Assembly: GCA_951813565.1 (NCBI GenBank)
Contig: OX638351.1
Location: 576,001 to 640,000, forward strand
Source: an uncultured Poribacteria bacterium
GTDB lineage: Bacteria; Poribacteria; WGA-4E; WGA-3G
Direction of reading: 5' to 3'
DNA: 64,000 bases
Positions 54,112 through 63,515 of this stretch are shown one piece after another. The stretch's first letter is position 1, and every line of letters starts with the position of its first letter. A program made the translations under genes and the position numbers. Under the pieces are notes generated by a model. The model had not been told where the DNA came from and did not search any database. It was given only the letters and a program-made list of their open reading frames with translations.

Positions 54112-54747
54112 GTGAGTAATTTATTATTTGAATCTGGAGATAAGGTGCTTTTTATTGGAGATAGTATCACGGATTGTGGCAGGAGAGGTGATCACGCGCC
54201 TTTAGGTCATGGGTATGTCCGCAAAATAACCGAACTGATTACTGCCAAGTACCCTGAACGCGATATCGCTTACGTCAACAAAGGGATTGGTGGGGATATT
54301 GTTGAAGGTTTAGAAAACCGTTGGGATACCGATGTTATTGCTGAAAAACCGGATTGGCTCTCAGTTAAAATTGGTATCAACAATGCAAGTCGGCAGCTTG
54401 GAGAAGGTATTTCAAATGAAGACTATCTGCCAAAGTGGGAAGCCTGCTATAGGCGAATTCTCACGCGTGTGAAAAATGAGTTGGATGCGCCGCTTTTCTT
54501 GTTTGAAATTTTCTATATTGAAGAAGATGTTGAAAATCCGCGCCCATTAGCGGTAGATGCTTACAACGCAAGTATCCATAAACTTGCTGATGAGTTTGAT
54601 GCGCGGTTAATTTTGACGAATGATGCGTTTGATAATGCAGTTGCCGCGAGACCCGGTGCGTTATGGACAACACAAGATGGCGTCCATCCGAATGCGGAAG
54701 GACATACCTTGATGGCATTGGAATTCTTGAAACAGGCAGGCTGGTAG
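54112..54747 (+). CDS. SGNH/GDSL hydrolase
   Basis: FIGDSITD, NKGIGG, IGINN, DGVHPN..GH. Confidence 0.92.
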   Translation: MSNLLFESGDKVLFIGDSITDCGRRGDHAPLGHGYVRKITELITAKYPERDIAYVNKGIGGDIVEGLENRWDTDVIAEKPDWLSVKIGINNASRQLGEGISNEDYLPKWEACYRRILTRVKNELDAPLFLFEIFYIEEDVENPRPLAVDAYNASIHKLADEFDARLILTNDAFDNAVAARPGALWTTQDGVHPNAEGHTLMALEFLKQAGW

Positions 54748-54837
54748 TTCTACGAGTTATACGAACATTGGTCGGTGTCAAATGCCATACGCGCATTCGG
54801 CGTTGATTTAGTGATTGTAGCAGCCTACCCTAAAGTA

Positions 54838-55332
54838 TCATTCTGATTCAAGATGTTTTTTAACATTTTCTTTTCCAAATGCCCAAACTTCGTCACCAAG
54901 TTCCATCAAGCGGGAAGCGAAAAGCGAGTTATCAATTTCGTCTTTGAAGAAATCGCTTAAATACGGATTAAGAAAATGAAGTAGAAGCGAAATAATAAGT
55001 ATGCTTGAAGCAATGCCTATCGCTAAACCGAGCAGACTGTTCAACCATCCTAAAATTCCTTTCTCAAAAATTCGATGGATTCGTTCAAATACTGCGTCGG
55101 TTACGATAGATGTAATAATTATCAGGACAATTATACTGATCCATTTTGTGACTTCTTCATTCGAAACAATTTTTTGGATGGGCAAAGCGAGGTACTGCCA
55201 CAATTGACTCGCAACGATGAGTCCGGCACCGATGGCAAAAATCCCCCATACGCTACGAGTAAAACCTGCCTTGTAGCAACTAAATCCGGCTATTCCAACG
55301 ATGATAAGGATGACAATATCTAATTTGGTCAT
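54838..55332 (-). CDS. CvpA (colicin V production) family membrane protein
   Basis: LD.VIL....GF.R, LGWLNSLLGL..G, ..NS.F; four TM segments. Confidence 0.7.
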   Translation of the reverse strand: MTKLDIVILIIVGIAGFSCYKAGFTRSVWGIFAIGAGLIVASQLWQYLALPIQKIVSNEEVTKWISIIVLIIITSIVTDAVFERIHRIFEKGILGWLNSLLGLAIGIASSILIISLLLHFLNPYLSDFFKDEIDNSLFASRLMELGDEVWAFGKENVKKHLESE

Positions 55333-55429
55333 AGTGAGGGAAGCATCAAGTAAGCATGTCATCTATTATGAATGCTTTATGCAAGTTTCAAACGAGGAAC
55401 AAAGGACTCGGGGCGACTTTTTTATTTGG

Positions 55430-56437
55430 TTAATCGGGTAATAAACTCTTTTTATAAGTTTGCTGCATCGCTGTTTCAATCGGAGTCCTGTTTCCTAAAA
55501 GACAGAGAAGTTGGCGCATAGAAGAGAATCCATTCTCATCAATTAACGTAGCGACAATCGCTGCAGATTGGAGATAGGCAATTTTCCGTTCTGAGGCGGA
55601 GAGTTCAGTAAATGGCTGGTTGAGTTCCGACAATGTTGGTAAAGTGCCGTTTTTGTCTGCCTGCTGCAGCGCAAGTTTCTCAAAGGATAGTAACGGACGT
55701 GCAATCGTTTGTGCAAGTCCCTCGTTAAGCCAAAGTGGACAATTCCCATGTGTTAGCAGATCAACTAACAGATGTGTCCACTCATGCCGAATAAGCGCAT
55801 ATAGAACACCAAGTTCTGGTTCTCCGTCAGCACAATAATTCAGATGGATATGTCCATCGTAGCACCCACTGGCCCATTTTGGAACGTGCGTCTTCATCAA
55901 GCCATCGTGCGTATTTACGATTGAGATGGATATCTGGTGGGATGGATAGCAATTGAGTTGGATACCGACTTTGTTATACGTTTTTTCAACGAGTTGATAG
56001 ATATACCAGACTGTTTTTGGCGCAACAGCGGGTTGAACAGTCAGTTTGAAAAACTGGTGTTCTATAGTATTCTGGGGATGTGGCGATTTTTTTGATTCGA
56101 GTGTTGGTGTAAAATCTGAGGGGAGATCATCCACTAATTTGCTCTCGCTAATTAGGGTTTGGTAGTACTCTTTTTCCTCATTGATGCGCGCTTTGCGCCT
56201 GAGAACTGTTGGTGAATCAGGACACAACTGGAGAGCAATGTCTAAATACGTCAATGCCTGTTCCCATTTTCCAACCATTTCGTAGGCTTTAGCAAGGTCA
56301 GCATAAATGTGGTAACGGCTCTGGTCATATCTTAAACCCGATAAATAGTGTTGAATTGATTCAACGTAACGGGTTTGTTGATAACAAGTTGCCGCCTGCT
56401 GAAAATAGGATAAGGCGAGAGAAGACTTATCACGCAC
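55430..56437 (-). CDS. TPR + peptidase MA-like metallopeptidase
   Basis: N-terminal TPRs; PKWASGCYDG, HEWTH, P.WLNEGLA, AY..S. Confidence 0.85.
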   Translation of the reverse strand: MRDKSSLALSYFQQAATCYQQTRYVESIQHYLSGLRYDQSRYHIYADLAKAYEMVGKWEQALTYLDIALQLCPDSPTVLRRKARINEEKEYYQTLISESKLVDDLPSDFTPTLESKKSPHPQNTIEHQFFKLTVQPAVAPKTVWYIYQLVEKTYNKVGIQLNCYPSHQISISIVNTHDGLMKTHVPKWASGCYDGHIHLNYCADGEPELGVLYALIRHEWTHLLVDLLTHGNCPLWLNEGLAQTIARPLLSFEKLALQQADKNGTLPTLSELNQPFTELSASERKIAYLQSAAIVATLIDENGFSSMRQLLCLLGNRTPIETAMQQTYKKSLLPD

Positions 56438-56548
56438 GGATTTCAGTTTTCTCGGTTAGGTGAGAACGAAGGGAGTAGACGCACAAGTATCTAAATAAAA
56501 TGAAACCGCGTTTTAAATGTGGTGATTACTCCCTGTTCTCCTAATAAC

Positions 56549-57190
56549 TTAAGACTTCTCAATATCAACGACCTGGAAAGTAATATCTCCACATTTAAAC
56601 TCCGCACCTTCCTGAATAGGAGCAGAATCTTTAACGCGAATTCCTTCAACATACGTGGGTGTTGAACTTCCCATATCTGTGATAGAGACTTCATCATCTT
56701 GCATCTCAAAAGAGAGATTCAGATGAGCCAGTGTTCGGGAATCAGTTTCTTTTGCATCTTCAGAATTCTGCCAGCGTTCCAATTCTTCTTCAGTCGGAGG
56801 CGTTTGCGACACTGGGAAAACATCGGTATCTACGTTCCCCATTGCTTGTGGACTATAAGCGGCCTGTGGACTGAGCGTAACAGGCACTTCTTGAGTAGTC
56901 TCCTGCGATTCTCCTCTGATCGCTTTCATAAGTTTTTCAGCGACCCGTTCCTTAGAGCCTGGGCGAGGTGTAACGCTTTCTGTTTCCTGAAAACGATAAT
57001 GTGCGAAATCTATCAGGTCTTTTGCTTTATGAAAATGGCCTGATTCCTGAATATTTTTTAGAAGACCCTTCTGTTTGCGGCTAAGCTTTTCGTTTTTCAG
57101 CCAACACGTATAAGCTTCTAAAATTTCTGCTTCTTTAACATCGGTATCTGTATACCGAGCGGACTTTGGAGTTTTTCTAAAAAACTGCAT
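56549..57190 (-). CDS. Putative soluble anti-sigma factor with partial FHA domain
   Basis: Directly after an ECF sigma gene; C-terminal ITDMGSS.PTYVEG...GDITF resembles the second half of FHA. Confidence 0.5.
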   Translation of the reverse strand: MQFFRKTPKSARYTDTDVKEAEILEAYTCWLKNEKLSRKQKGLLKNIQESGHFHKAKDLIDFAHYRFQETESVTPRPGSKERVAEKLMKAIRGESQETTQEVPVTLSPQAAYSPQAMGNVDTDVFPVSQTPPTEEELERWQNSEDAKETDSRTLAHLNLSFEMQDDEVSITDMGSSTPTYVEGIRVKDSAPIQEGAEFKCGDITFQVVDIEKS

Positions 57191-57224
57191 TAGTAATCCT
57201 CCATGTTAGTAAATATAAATTAAA

Positions 57225-57842
57225 TTATTGAATCCAACGAATACCTTTATTAACCAGAATTTGTCTTAACTCTTGTGTACACCGGAAAATCCAGATTTTA
57301 ACAGTGCCATCTTTCCGATTAAGAATACGGGAAATTTCGGCGACACTACACCCTTCAAGGTGTCTTAATATCCACGCGATGCGGTGGTTCGGTTTTGTGA
57401 CCTGCTCAAGAGCACTTTCCAATATTTCTTGTGCCTCTTGCGCTATTATATGTTTGTCAGGTCCAGGTCGTCTATCCTCGTATTCATTTAGCGGCAGATC
57501 ATCCTGCTCTTCAAGGGTAAGGAGGGACTCGCGTATCCGATCTCTTCTTCGAATCGCATCAATAATAGTATTACGGGCAACTATATTCAACCATGCTTGG
57601 AAACTACCCTTTTCGGGGTCCCATTTATCTTTGTCGAGTTTCTGCCAGACTTTAGTAAAAACATCTAAACTAACTTCTTCAGTATCCTGATGGTCCCCGA
57701 GCATTCTATAAGCCTTGCTATAGACCCAATTATAGTGCTTCTCAAATAACTGACTAAATGCAGCCTCGTCACCTTGTTTAGCTTGCGTAGCTAAATAAAT
57801 GTCTTCAGTAGCCGATAGGTCATTTTTCGCTTGGCGCGCCAT
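57225..57842 (-). CDS. ECF sigma-70 factor
   Basis: GDEAAF..L, D.F.KVW, F.AWL..VARN.IID..RR, L...EG.S..EI......GTVK. Confidence 0.9.
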   Translation of the reverse strand: MARQAKNDLSATEDIYLATQAKQGDEAAFSQLFEKHYNWVYSKAYRMLGDHQDTEEVSLDVFTKVWQKLDKDKWDPEKGSFQAWLNIVARNTIIDAIRRRDRIRESLLTLEEQDDLPLNEYEDRRPGPDKHIIAQEAQEILESALEQVTKPNHRIAWILRHLEGCSVAEISRILNRKDGTVKIWIFRCTQELRQILVNKGIRWIQ

Positions 57843-58100
57843 TAGATAAGCCCTCCTCTGTCCTCCTTTAGCCAAAGGATTAATCAAACCTATTTCGTTT
57901 TATTAAGTATAAGAACGAAACTTTTTCTTGTTACGTTTCAGAAAATTATAAAATCTTCCTATAGTAAAAATAAAAAGGAAATTGGCACATAAGAGGATAT
58001 TTATGGAATAATGAAATGTAAGAAATATGGAATGTTTTAAAGTATAGTGTTTTTAAACTATATCATATAACGAAAATTGAATCAATAAGTTTAATGAGTA

Positions 58101-59255
58101 ATACCAAATTAACGTAAGTCATATTGTGTTTTCCATTTTGCAAATCCACTGAAAACCGACATGTTCTTGCACCTTCTTTCTGTTTTTGGAGAACCACTGA
58201 CACCTTTTCACAAGCACTTCTTCAAGGTCTGATAGCGTTCTAAAAACTTTATTGGCAACCACCTCTCGCAACAGAGGCCATAGCCGTTCGGCAGGTTGAA
58301 GTTCCGGTGTATACGGCGGTAAAAAAAATAACTCAATACCTTGTGGGACATCTAAATCCTTACCCGTGTGAAAACCGGCACGATCTAATAAGAGGATTAT
58401 CTGTTTCTTGCCTTCCGGGTTTACATCCCGAGCAAACTCTGCCAACGCAAGGTTCATCACTTCAACACTCACACTCGGCATCAGAAGCCAATAAGTCTCA
58501 CCCGTCTGTGGACGGACAAAACCGAAACCATAAAGCCATTTATATGACGGACACACCGAGGCTGTCGGTCTTTCACCTTGCTTCGCCCAGACACGCCGAT
58601 GAACCGGCAATAATCCCACGCGTGCCTCGTCTTCTGCCCAGACTTCTACCGATTTCTCCGGGTGCTGACCTTCAAGCTCAGCTACCCGCTCCCTAAGTTT
58701 TTTTTTAATGCTTGCTGCTCATCTGGTGTTGCAGCTGACTGATGTTGAGGACGAGGTGTTTGTAAAGTATAACCGAGGCGCTTGAGATATTTCCAACCTG
58801 ACACATTACTGACAGGACGCTTGAGTGTCTCGGATATCCACGCAGCCACCTTCGGACCTGTCCACAGACCGCCATCAGCAGGAGGCGAAGAAAGTGCAGC
58901 TTCAAGGGCTGCTTGCTGTGTTTCATCCAAAATACGCTTGCGTCCATTGTTTTTGCGTTTGTCTCGCATAGCTGCTTCGCCTTCAGCGTTGTAGCGTTTG
59001 AGCAACTTCCGAACCCAGTCCGGCGTGCATCCTACAATCTCAGCAACTTCGCGAGGTGTTCGCGGATGTGTGGTATCAGCAAGAAGCCAAATAATATGCC
59101 AGTGCGTCCGTTCAATAGGACATTCACATTCAAGATACCTTTGTTTCAGAACTTCTACTGAAAAGTGAGGGGAAACCCCATGTTTTTTATTTTTCATCTG
59201 ATCACAATAACACATCCAAAAAATAAATGCAAGAACAATCATATTAATATGGTAT
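58101..59255 (-). mobile_element. IS630-family insertion sequence
   Basis: Imperfect TIRs ATACCAAATTAACGTAA / ATACCATATTAATATGA; ends approximate. Confidence 0.8.
58119..59197 (-). CDS. IS630 transposase, two ORFs joined by a -1 frameshift at an A9 run (58698-58706)
   Basis: HTH ORF from MKNKK; the -1 frame gives KKLRERV...WAEDEARVGL, then LDRAGFH and LPPYTPELQPAERLW. Confidence 0.88.
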
Positions 59256-59257
59256 AA

Positions 59258-59392
59258 GGGTGTGTAAAGTTTTTGGCACGAATATTTCTCAACTCTTGTA
59301 GAAGGGCTTTGTCCGCCCGATTTATCAGAGTTCAAACCCTTCCTACAAGAAAGATGACATGGTTAATGCCAAAAAACAAAACTTACACACCC
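59258..59392. repeat. Short MITE-like element with internal REP-like pair
   Basis: GGGTGTGTAAAGTTTT / AAAACTTACACACCC ends; core TTGTAGAAGGGCTTTGTCCGCCCGAT..AAACCCTTCCTACAAGA also at ~62313-62382 and partly at ~58-90. Confidence 0.6.
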
Positions 59393-59561
59393 AAATCTTC
59401 CCAAACACTTGACTCCTAAATATAAAACGATATATTATAAATCACATGAGTTCGTTATAACAATTTATGGAAACTGGTGCGGTTATGAGAATAGGATTCA
59501 AGCATTAAGAACTGCATATCTCGGACACCGAACTCACATTATAAATAGATTAGGAATTAAT

Positions 59562-60290
59562 ATGCAAACCCAACGAATTTGTCTTTGGTCGGGACCACGA
59601 AACATCTCAACAGCATTAATGTATGCTTTCGGACAACGAAGCGATACCGAAATCATTGATGAGCCATTATATGCACACTATCTTCATGTCACAGGGGCAA
59701 CGCACCCTGGCCGAGAGGACGTTATGACATCCATGCAAACTGATGGTGCTGCTGTCATTCGTGATGTTATTCTTGGACCTTGTACAAAGTCAGTCCTCTT
59801 TATGAAACAGATGGCACATCATCTCGTCGACATTAATGCATCTTTCATGCGGAAAACGGTAAATATATTGCTAATCCGTGATCCAAAGGAAATGCTTCTG
59901 TCTTTAACGAAAGTTATCGGAATTCCGACACTGAAAGATACTGGTTTAAAGATGCAAGCCGAATTGTTGTCAGAATTAAGAGAGATGGGACAATCGCCCC
60001 CCATTTTGGATGCGCGGGAATTGTTGCTTGCACCGAGAGATGTACTGTCAATATTGTGTGATCGGTTAGATCTTCCGTTTGAGGAATCCATGTTGTCATG
60101 GCCGCGTGGTGGACATCCTTCGGATGGTATTTGGGCACCGCATTGGTATCATAATGTGCATCGGAGTGCAGGTTTTGTGTCATATCAACCGAAACGTGAA
60201 CCGTTTCCTGAAGCGTTGGAAGGTGTTTTATCAGAGTGTTTACCGTATTATGATATGCTACGTGCCGATGCAATTTGTAGCGATTCGTGA
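59562..60290 (+). CDS. Sulfotransferase-like protein (Sulfotransfer_5 type)
   Basis: WSGPRNISTALMY.F.QR.D, DEP.YA.YL, KQM.HH, LIRDP, ML.W..G....DG.WA..WY. Confidence 0.8.
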   Translation: MQTQRICLWSGPRNISTALMYAFGQRSDTEIIDEPLYAHYLHVTGATHPGREDVMTSMQTDGAAVIRDVILGPCTKSVLFMKQMAHHLVDINASFMRKTVNILLIRDPKEMLLSLTKVIGIPTLKDTGLKMQAELLSELREMGQSPPILDARELLLAPRDVLSILCDRLDLPFEESMLSWPRGGHPSDGIWAPHWYHNVHRSAGFVSYQPKREPFPEALEGVLSECLPYYDMLRADAICSDS

Positions 60291-60309
60291 AGGCGTCTAC
60301 ATTAAAGCA

Positions 60310-60804
60310 TTAAGTTTCATAACGCTGGGTTTGCTGGATAAACGATTCCAGACTATACCCTCGTTCAGGTGAACAAGCAATTCCGAAACTTGCTACCCCT
60401 AATATAGCATCTGCGAAAACTATCGTCCAATTAGGCGTTGTTGAAACTGAAAGTCCCAAGAAATCAAGAAAAGTAAAAAGAAAGTTGTCACAACCGCAAT
60501 CCGTTACAGGCAGTTCTTTCCACAACACATTTGCCAACGCAACCGAAAAAATCAAAAAAAGGAGCGAGGCAAGTATACCTGCACCACGCGAAAAATAGCC
60601 GATGCTTAACGCAATTCCCAGCGCTACCTCTGCCGAAACCAACAGATAACTTGTTGGTTTTACCAGTGCTGTCGGTAACATTTGATAACCAGCTACGGTT
60701 GTCACAAAAGCACTGAAATTAGTAAGTTTAGCGATACCCGCAAAAAAGAGAATTGATCCAAGGATTATTCTGATAGCTGTTACCAACAGTGATAAAGTCG
60801 TCAT
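60310..60804 (-). CDS. MauE/DoxX family redox-associated membrane protein
   Basis: R..LG..L.FAG..KL, AEV.LG, DCGC; ATGA overlap with rhodanese stop. Confidence 0.82.
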   Translation of the reverse strand: MTTLSLLVTAIRIILGSILFFAGIAKLTNFSAFVTTVAGYQMLPTALVKPTSYLLVSAEVALGIALSIGYFSRGAGILASLLFLIFSVALANVLWKELPVTDCGCDNFLFTFLDFLGLSVSTTPNWTIVFADAILGVASFGIACSPERGYSLESFIQQTQRYET

Positions 60805-61307
60805 TCTGTTACTAATGGATATCCCAATGCTTGCCAACCTCTCAATCCACGCGAAAAAAACTTTACATTTTGATAACCGTGCGCTAAAAGAATATTCATC
60901 AACTGGTAAGCGTTCGGACATTCAACGCTTCCGCAATACGTAATCAAGAGCATTTTTTTGTCTGTTGGCAAAATAGATAAGTTTTGTTTTGCTCGGTTGA
61001 TGGGAACATTTACGGCATCTGGGATATGTCCTCGTCTGAAGCTGGCTGCAGAACGAGCATCCACGAAAACTGCCCCTTTTTGTTGCCATATCTGATAGAC
61101 AAGCGGAAAATCAACTTGCAGGGTAGAATCGCTACGTGTTTGAAAGTTGGAAGAGAAAAGTCCAAAACCATCTGCACCCCAGAGTGTTAAGGCACCGAAT
61201 GCGATCCAAATACTAACAATCAGCATTTCCTTAATAATCTGCTGTAATGTTTTTCGTTCAGACACATTTGATATGTCACGTTCGGTTTGTTTGGGATAGC
61301 TAAACAT
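60801..61307 (-). CDS. Rhodanese-like domain protein
   Basis: FVDAR....F..GHIP.AVN.P, YC....C, G...W...GYP. Confidence 0.88.
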   Translation of the reverse strand: MFSYPKQTERDISNVSERKTLQQIIKEMLIVSIWIAFGALTLWGADGFGLFSSNFQTRSDSTLQVDFPLVYQIWQQKGAVFVDARSAASFRRGHIPDAVNVPINRAKQNLSILPTDKKMLLITYCGSVECPNAYQLMNILLAHGYQNVKFFSRGLRGWQALGYPLVTE

Positions 61308-62005
61308 TATCTTCTCTTAAGTTGTGCCCAAGTTGATGTTACTTTTACTTCTGGAGAAACGTTTAATCCTGAAATTGTGAATGAATCAATCCAACCTTTT
61401 CCAACCCATTCGTTTGCGATAGTAATACCTTCTACAACAAATCCAAGGATATCAATTCTATTGAAGTTTGCGTCTCGGAATTTTGCGCGAAATTCGCCAT
61501 CAGCGAACAGTAGAAAATTACCTGAGTTAAAATGTAACCTCATCTCTGTCAAGCTCTCGGTGTCCCACCGCACACGAGGTTCCCGAGACAATCGAATCTG
61601 AAACGGATGACTACTACCTTTGCCATCAAAACGTCGAGCTCTAATCTCATCAAGAAAAAACACATAAAAAAACGGGTCTTCTTCGGAGGTATCAGGGAAA
61701 CGCCGCCCTACACAGAAACCAAATCGGAGCTTGTCAACACCAAAATCCTTAATCGTAACTGTAAAATCTCGATAAGGAGCGGGAAATGCAATAAGTTGGT
61801 AGAGATCGTATTGAACTTCCCAATCTCGATTAACTTCAACGCGTAAAAAACCTTCTTCTACCTTCCATACATTATCGTTACCCACGGTGTGCCACGCGTC
61901 CGAATTCTCGGAATCAAAATCGTCGTGCCAGATCTCCGCGGATGTAGAAATGATGCCACCGACAGAGAAAAATATGATTATCAAAATTATGGAAATGGTT
62001 CGCAT
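61307..62005 (-). CDS. Secreted hypothetical protein with C-terminal TW-x-x-LK motif
   Basis: Signal peptide from MRTIS; W.DDF; ends VSPEVKVTSTWAQLKRR; paralog of 63516 gene. Confidence 0.75.
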   Translation of the reverse strand: MRTISIILIIIFFSVGGIISTSAEIWHDDFDSENSDAWHTVGNDNVWKVEEGFLRVEVNRDWEVQYDLYQLIAFPAPYRDFTVTIKDFGVDKLRFGFCVGRRFPDTSEEDPFFYVFFLDEIRARRFDGKGSSHPFQIRLSREPRVRWDTESLTEMRLHFNSGNFLLFADGEFRAKFRDANFNRIDILGFVVEGITIANEWVGKGWIDSFTISGLNVSPEVKVTSTWAQLKRR

Positions 62006-62069
62006 CGTTTTTCTGTTTGGCATGAAGTATAGAAGACTCCGTTTTTTCGGACTATATGCGGTAAAACTA

Positions 62070-62724
62070 ACGTGAGTTTGATAAATCCCGTAGGGAATCA
62101 ACACCGAATGCGCCTACGGCATTCGGTGGGGTAGAACGGAATGGACAATAAAAACAGACCGTAAAGAGAGGTTGTTGAGCTATTTGAGGACGATATTTCC
62201 GAAAAAATAAGTGAAACCCAACTCTTTAGGACTCTCAAAACGGTTGAATTGTTGGGTTTCGCTTCGCTCTACCCCATAAGTGTCAACTTAAGAAAAAATG
62301 CTGTATTTTCTCTTGTGGGAGGGCTTTGTCCGCCCGATATAATATAGCATCAGAAATCGGGGTTGAAAACCCTCCCACAAGAGAAAATCTGGTAATTATG
62401 TGCTTAAGTTTACACCCGCCAAATGCCAAAAAGCGCATTTGGCATTGATTTGGCAGCATGCCGGACGGGGAATGCCAAAGGGCATTCGGACCCGGTGAAT
62501 GACTAAAGACGAATGCGCTTGGTAGAATACGCTTTTGGTATTCTACATGATTCGCCATGATTCATACCGTTGATTTCTTGATTTGGCGCATGCTGCGTTG
62601 ATTTAGCTGAATCATGCGGAATACCAAAAGCGTATTCCGCCAAAAGGCATTCATAGCGTTGATTGGGTTTCGCTTCGCTCTACCCAACGGACATCTATAT
62701 TTATTCTAATTATCAAGCTCACGT
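62070..62724. mobile_element. Composite MITE (IS982-like ends) with nested elements
   Basis: TIR ACGTGAGTTTGATAA / TTATCAAGCTCACGT; 8-bp TSD TAAAACTA; inner IR GTGTCAACTTAAG(62280)/CTTAAGTTTACAC(62415). Confidence 0.8.
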
Positions 62725-62751
62725 TAAAACTAACAACAATTATGTGTTGTG

Positions 62752-63495
62752 TCAATTGATCTTTATACAATCGTACCACCGTAGTGTCCGCTTTCCTTTT
62801 CGACTCAACACTCCGGGTTTTCGTTCAACAGGGGAACCAAAGTCACGATCTTTCTGCCGCAAGACGTTCCAGTCTGGTGGAAACCATGCTCTCAGCGTTT
62901 TACAGTTTACCTCAAGATTTTCACCTTCCCATCCACCGGTTTTATAATACATCGGGCAGATCCACCGTTCCCTCCCCCGAGCATACTGCCGCCATCCCAT
63001 CACAGAGGCTTGTGATCGGATAATGTTGCCATCTCGCCAATGTCGTTCAATCCCACTCCATGGGTAACCTGTTGTCCCAGTGCCACGATTAATTTCACTC
63101 CACCCGAGGTCATCATGAAGTGTGATATAGGAGACGTTTGTGCCCCAAGGTGTTTGATCACTGGCAAAACCCCACTTTTGCCGCCGGTACCAATGTAACG
63201 CACCTCTAATATTTGACTTGGATACAACGGCATTCTCAATAGTTTCTATAATGTCAAAAAATCCTCTGTTATTATAAGGGTTATGCACTCCCTCACAGAG
63301 TGTTAAGGAGTTCACTTCAGGACCGAACCATTTTCCGTTTTTACCGGGGGTTCTATAATATGATCCCGATGCCGCAGGCGCAGCGCGCTCGCTCGGATTC
63401 AACTTCGCCTTTGCAAATGTGCTCCAGAACGCCACGCCTAAAACTGCTAATAGCAAGAAAGCATTAAAAACCAGATCTAAATTCTTCCGCAACAT
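62752..63495 (-). CDS. Secreted hypothetical protein
   Basis: Signal-like MLRKN..AFLLLAVLGVAFWSTFAKA; Trp/Gly-rich body; ends LSRKGKRTLRWYDCIKIN. Confidence 0.6.
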   Translation of the reverse strand: MLRKNLDLVFNAFLLLAVLGVAFWSTFAKAKLNPSERAAPAASGSYYRTPGKNGKWFGPEVNSLTLCEGVHNPYNNRGFFDIIETIENAVVSKSNIRGALHWYRRQKWGFASDQTPWGTNVSYITLHDDLGWSEINRGTGTTGYPWSGIERHWRDGNIIRSQASVMGWRQYARGRERWICPMYYKTGGWEGENLEVNCKTLRAWFPPDWNVLRQKDRDFGSPVERKPGVLSRKGKRTLRWYDCIKIN

Positions 63496-63515
63496 TATTT
63501 TTTTTATTTTTAGGG

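Noticed and set aside
62416..62665. Possible CRISPR array in the hairpin clusters (also 28380-28750)
   Set aside because: No constant-length repeat with unique regular spacers and no cas genes; units are nested and vary in orientation.
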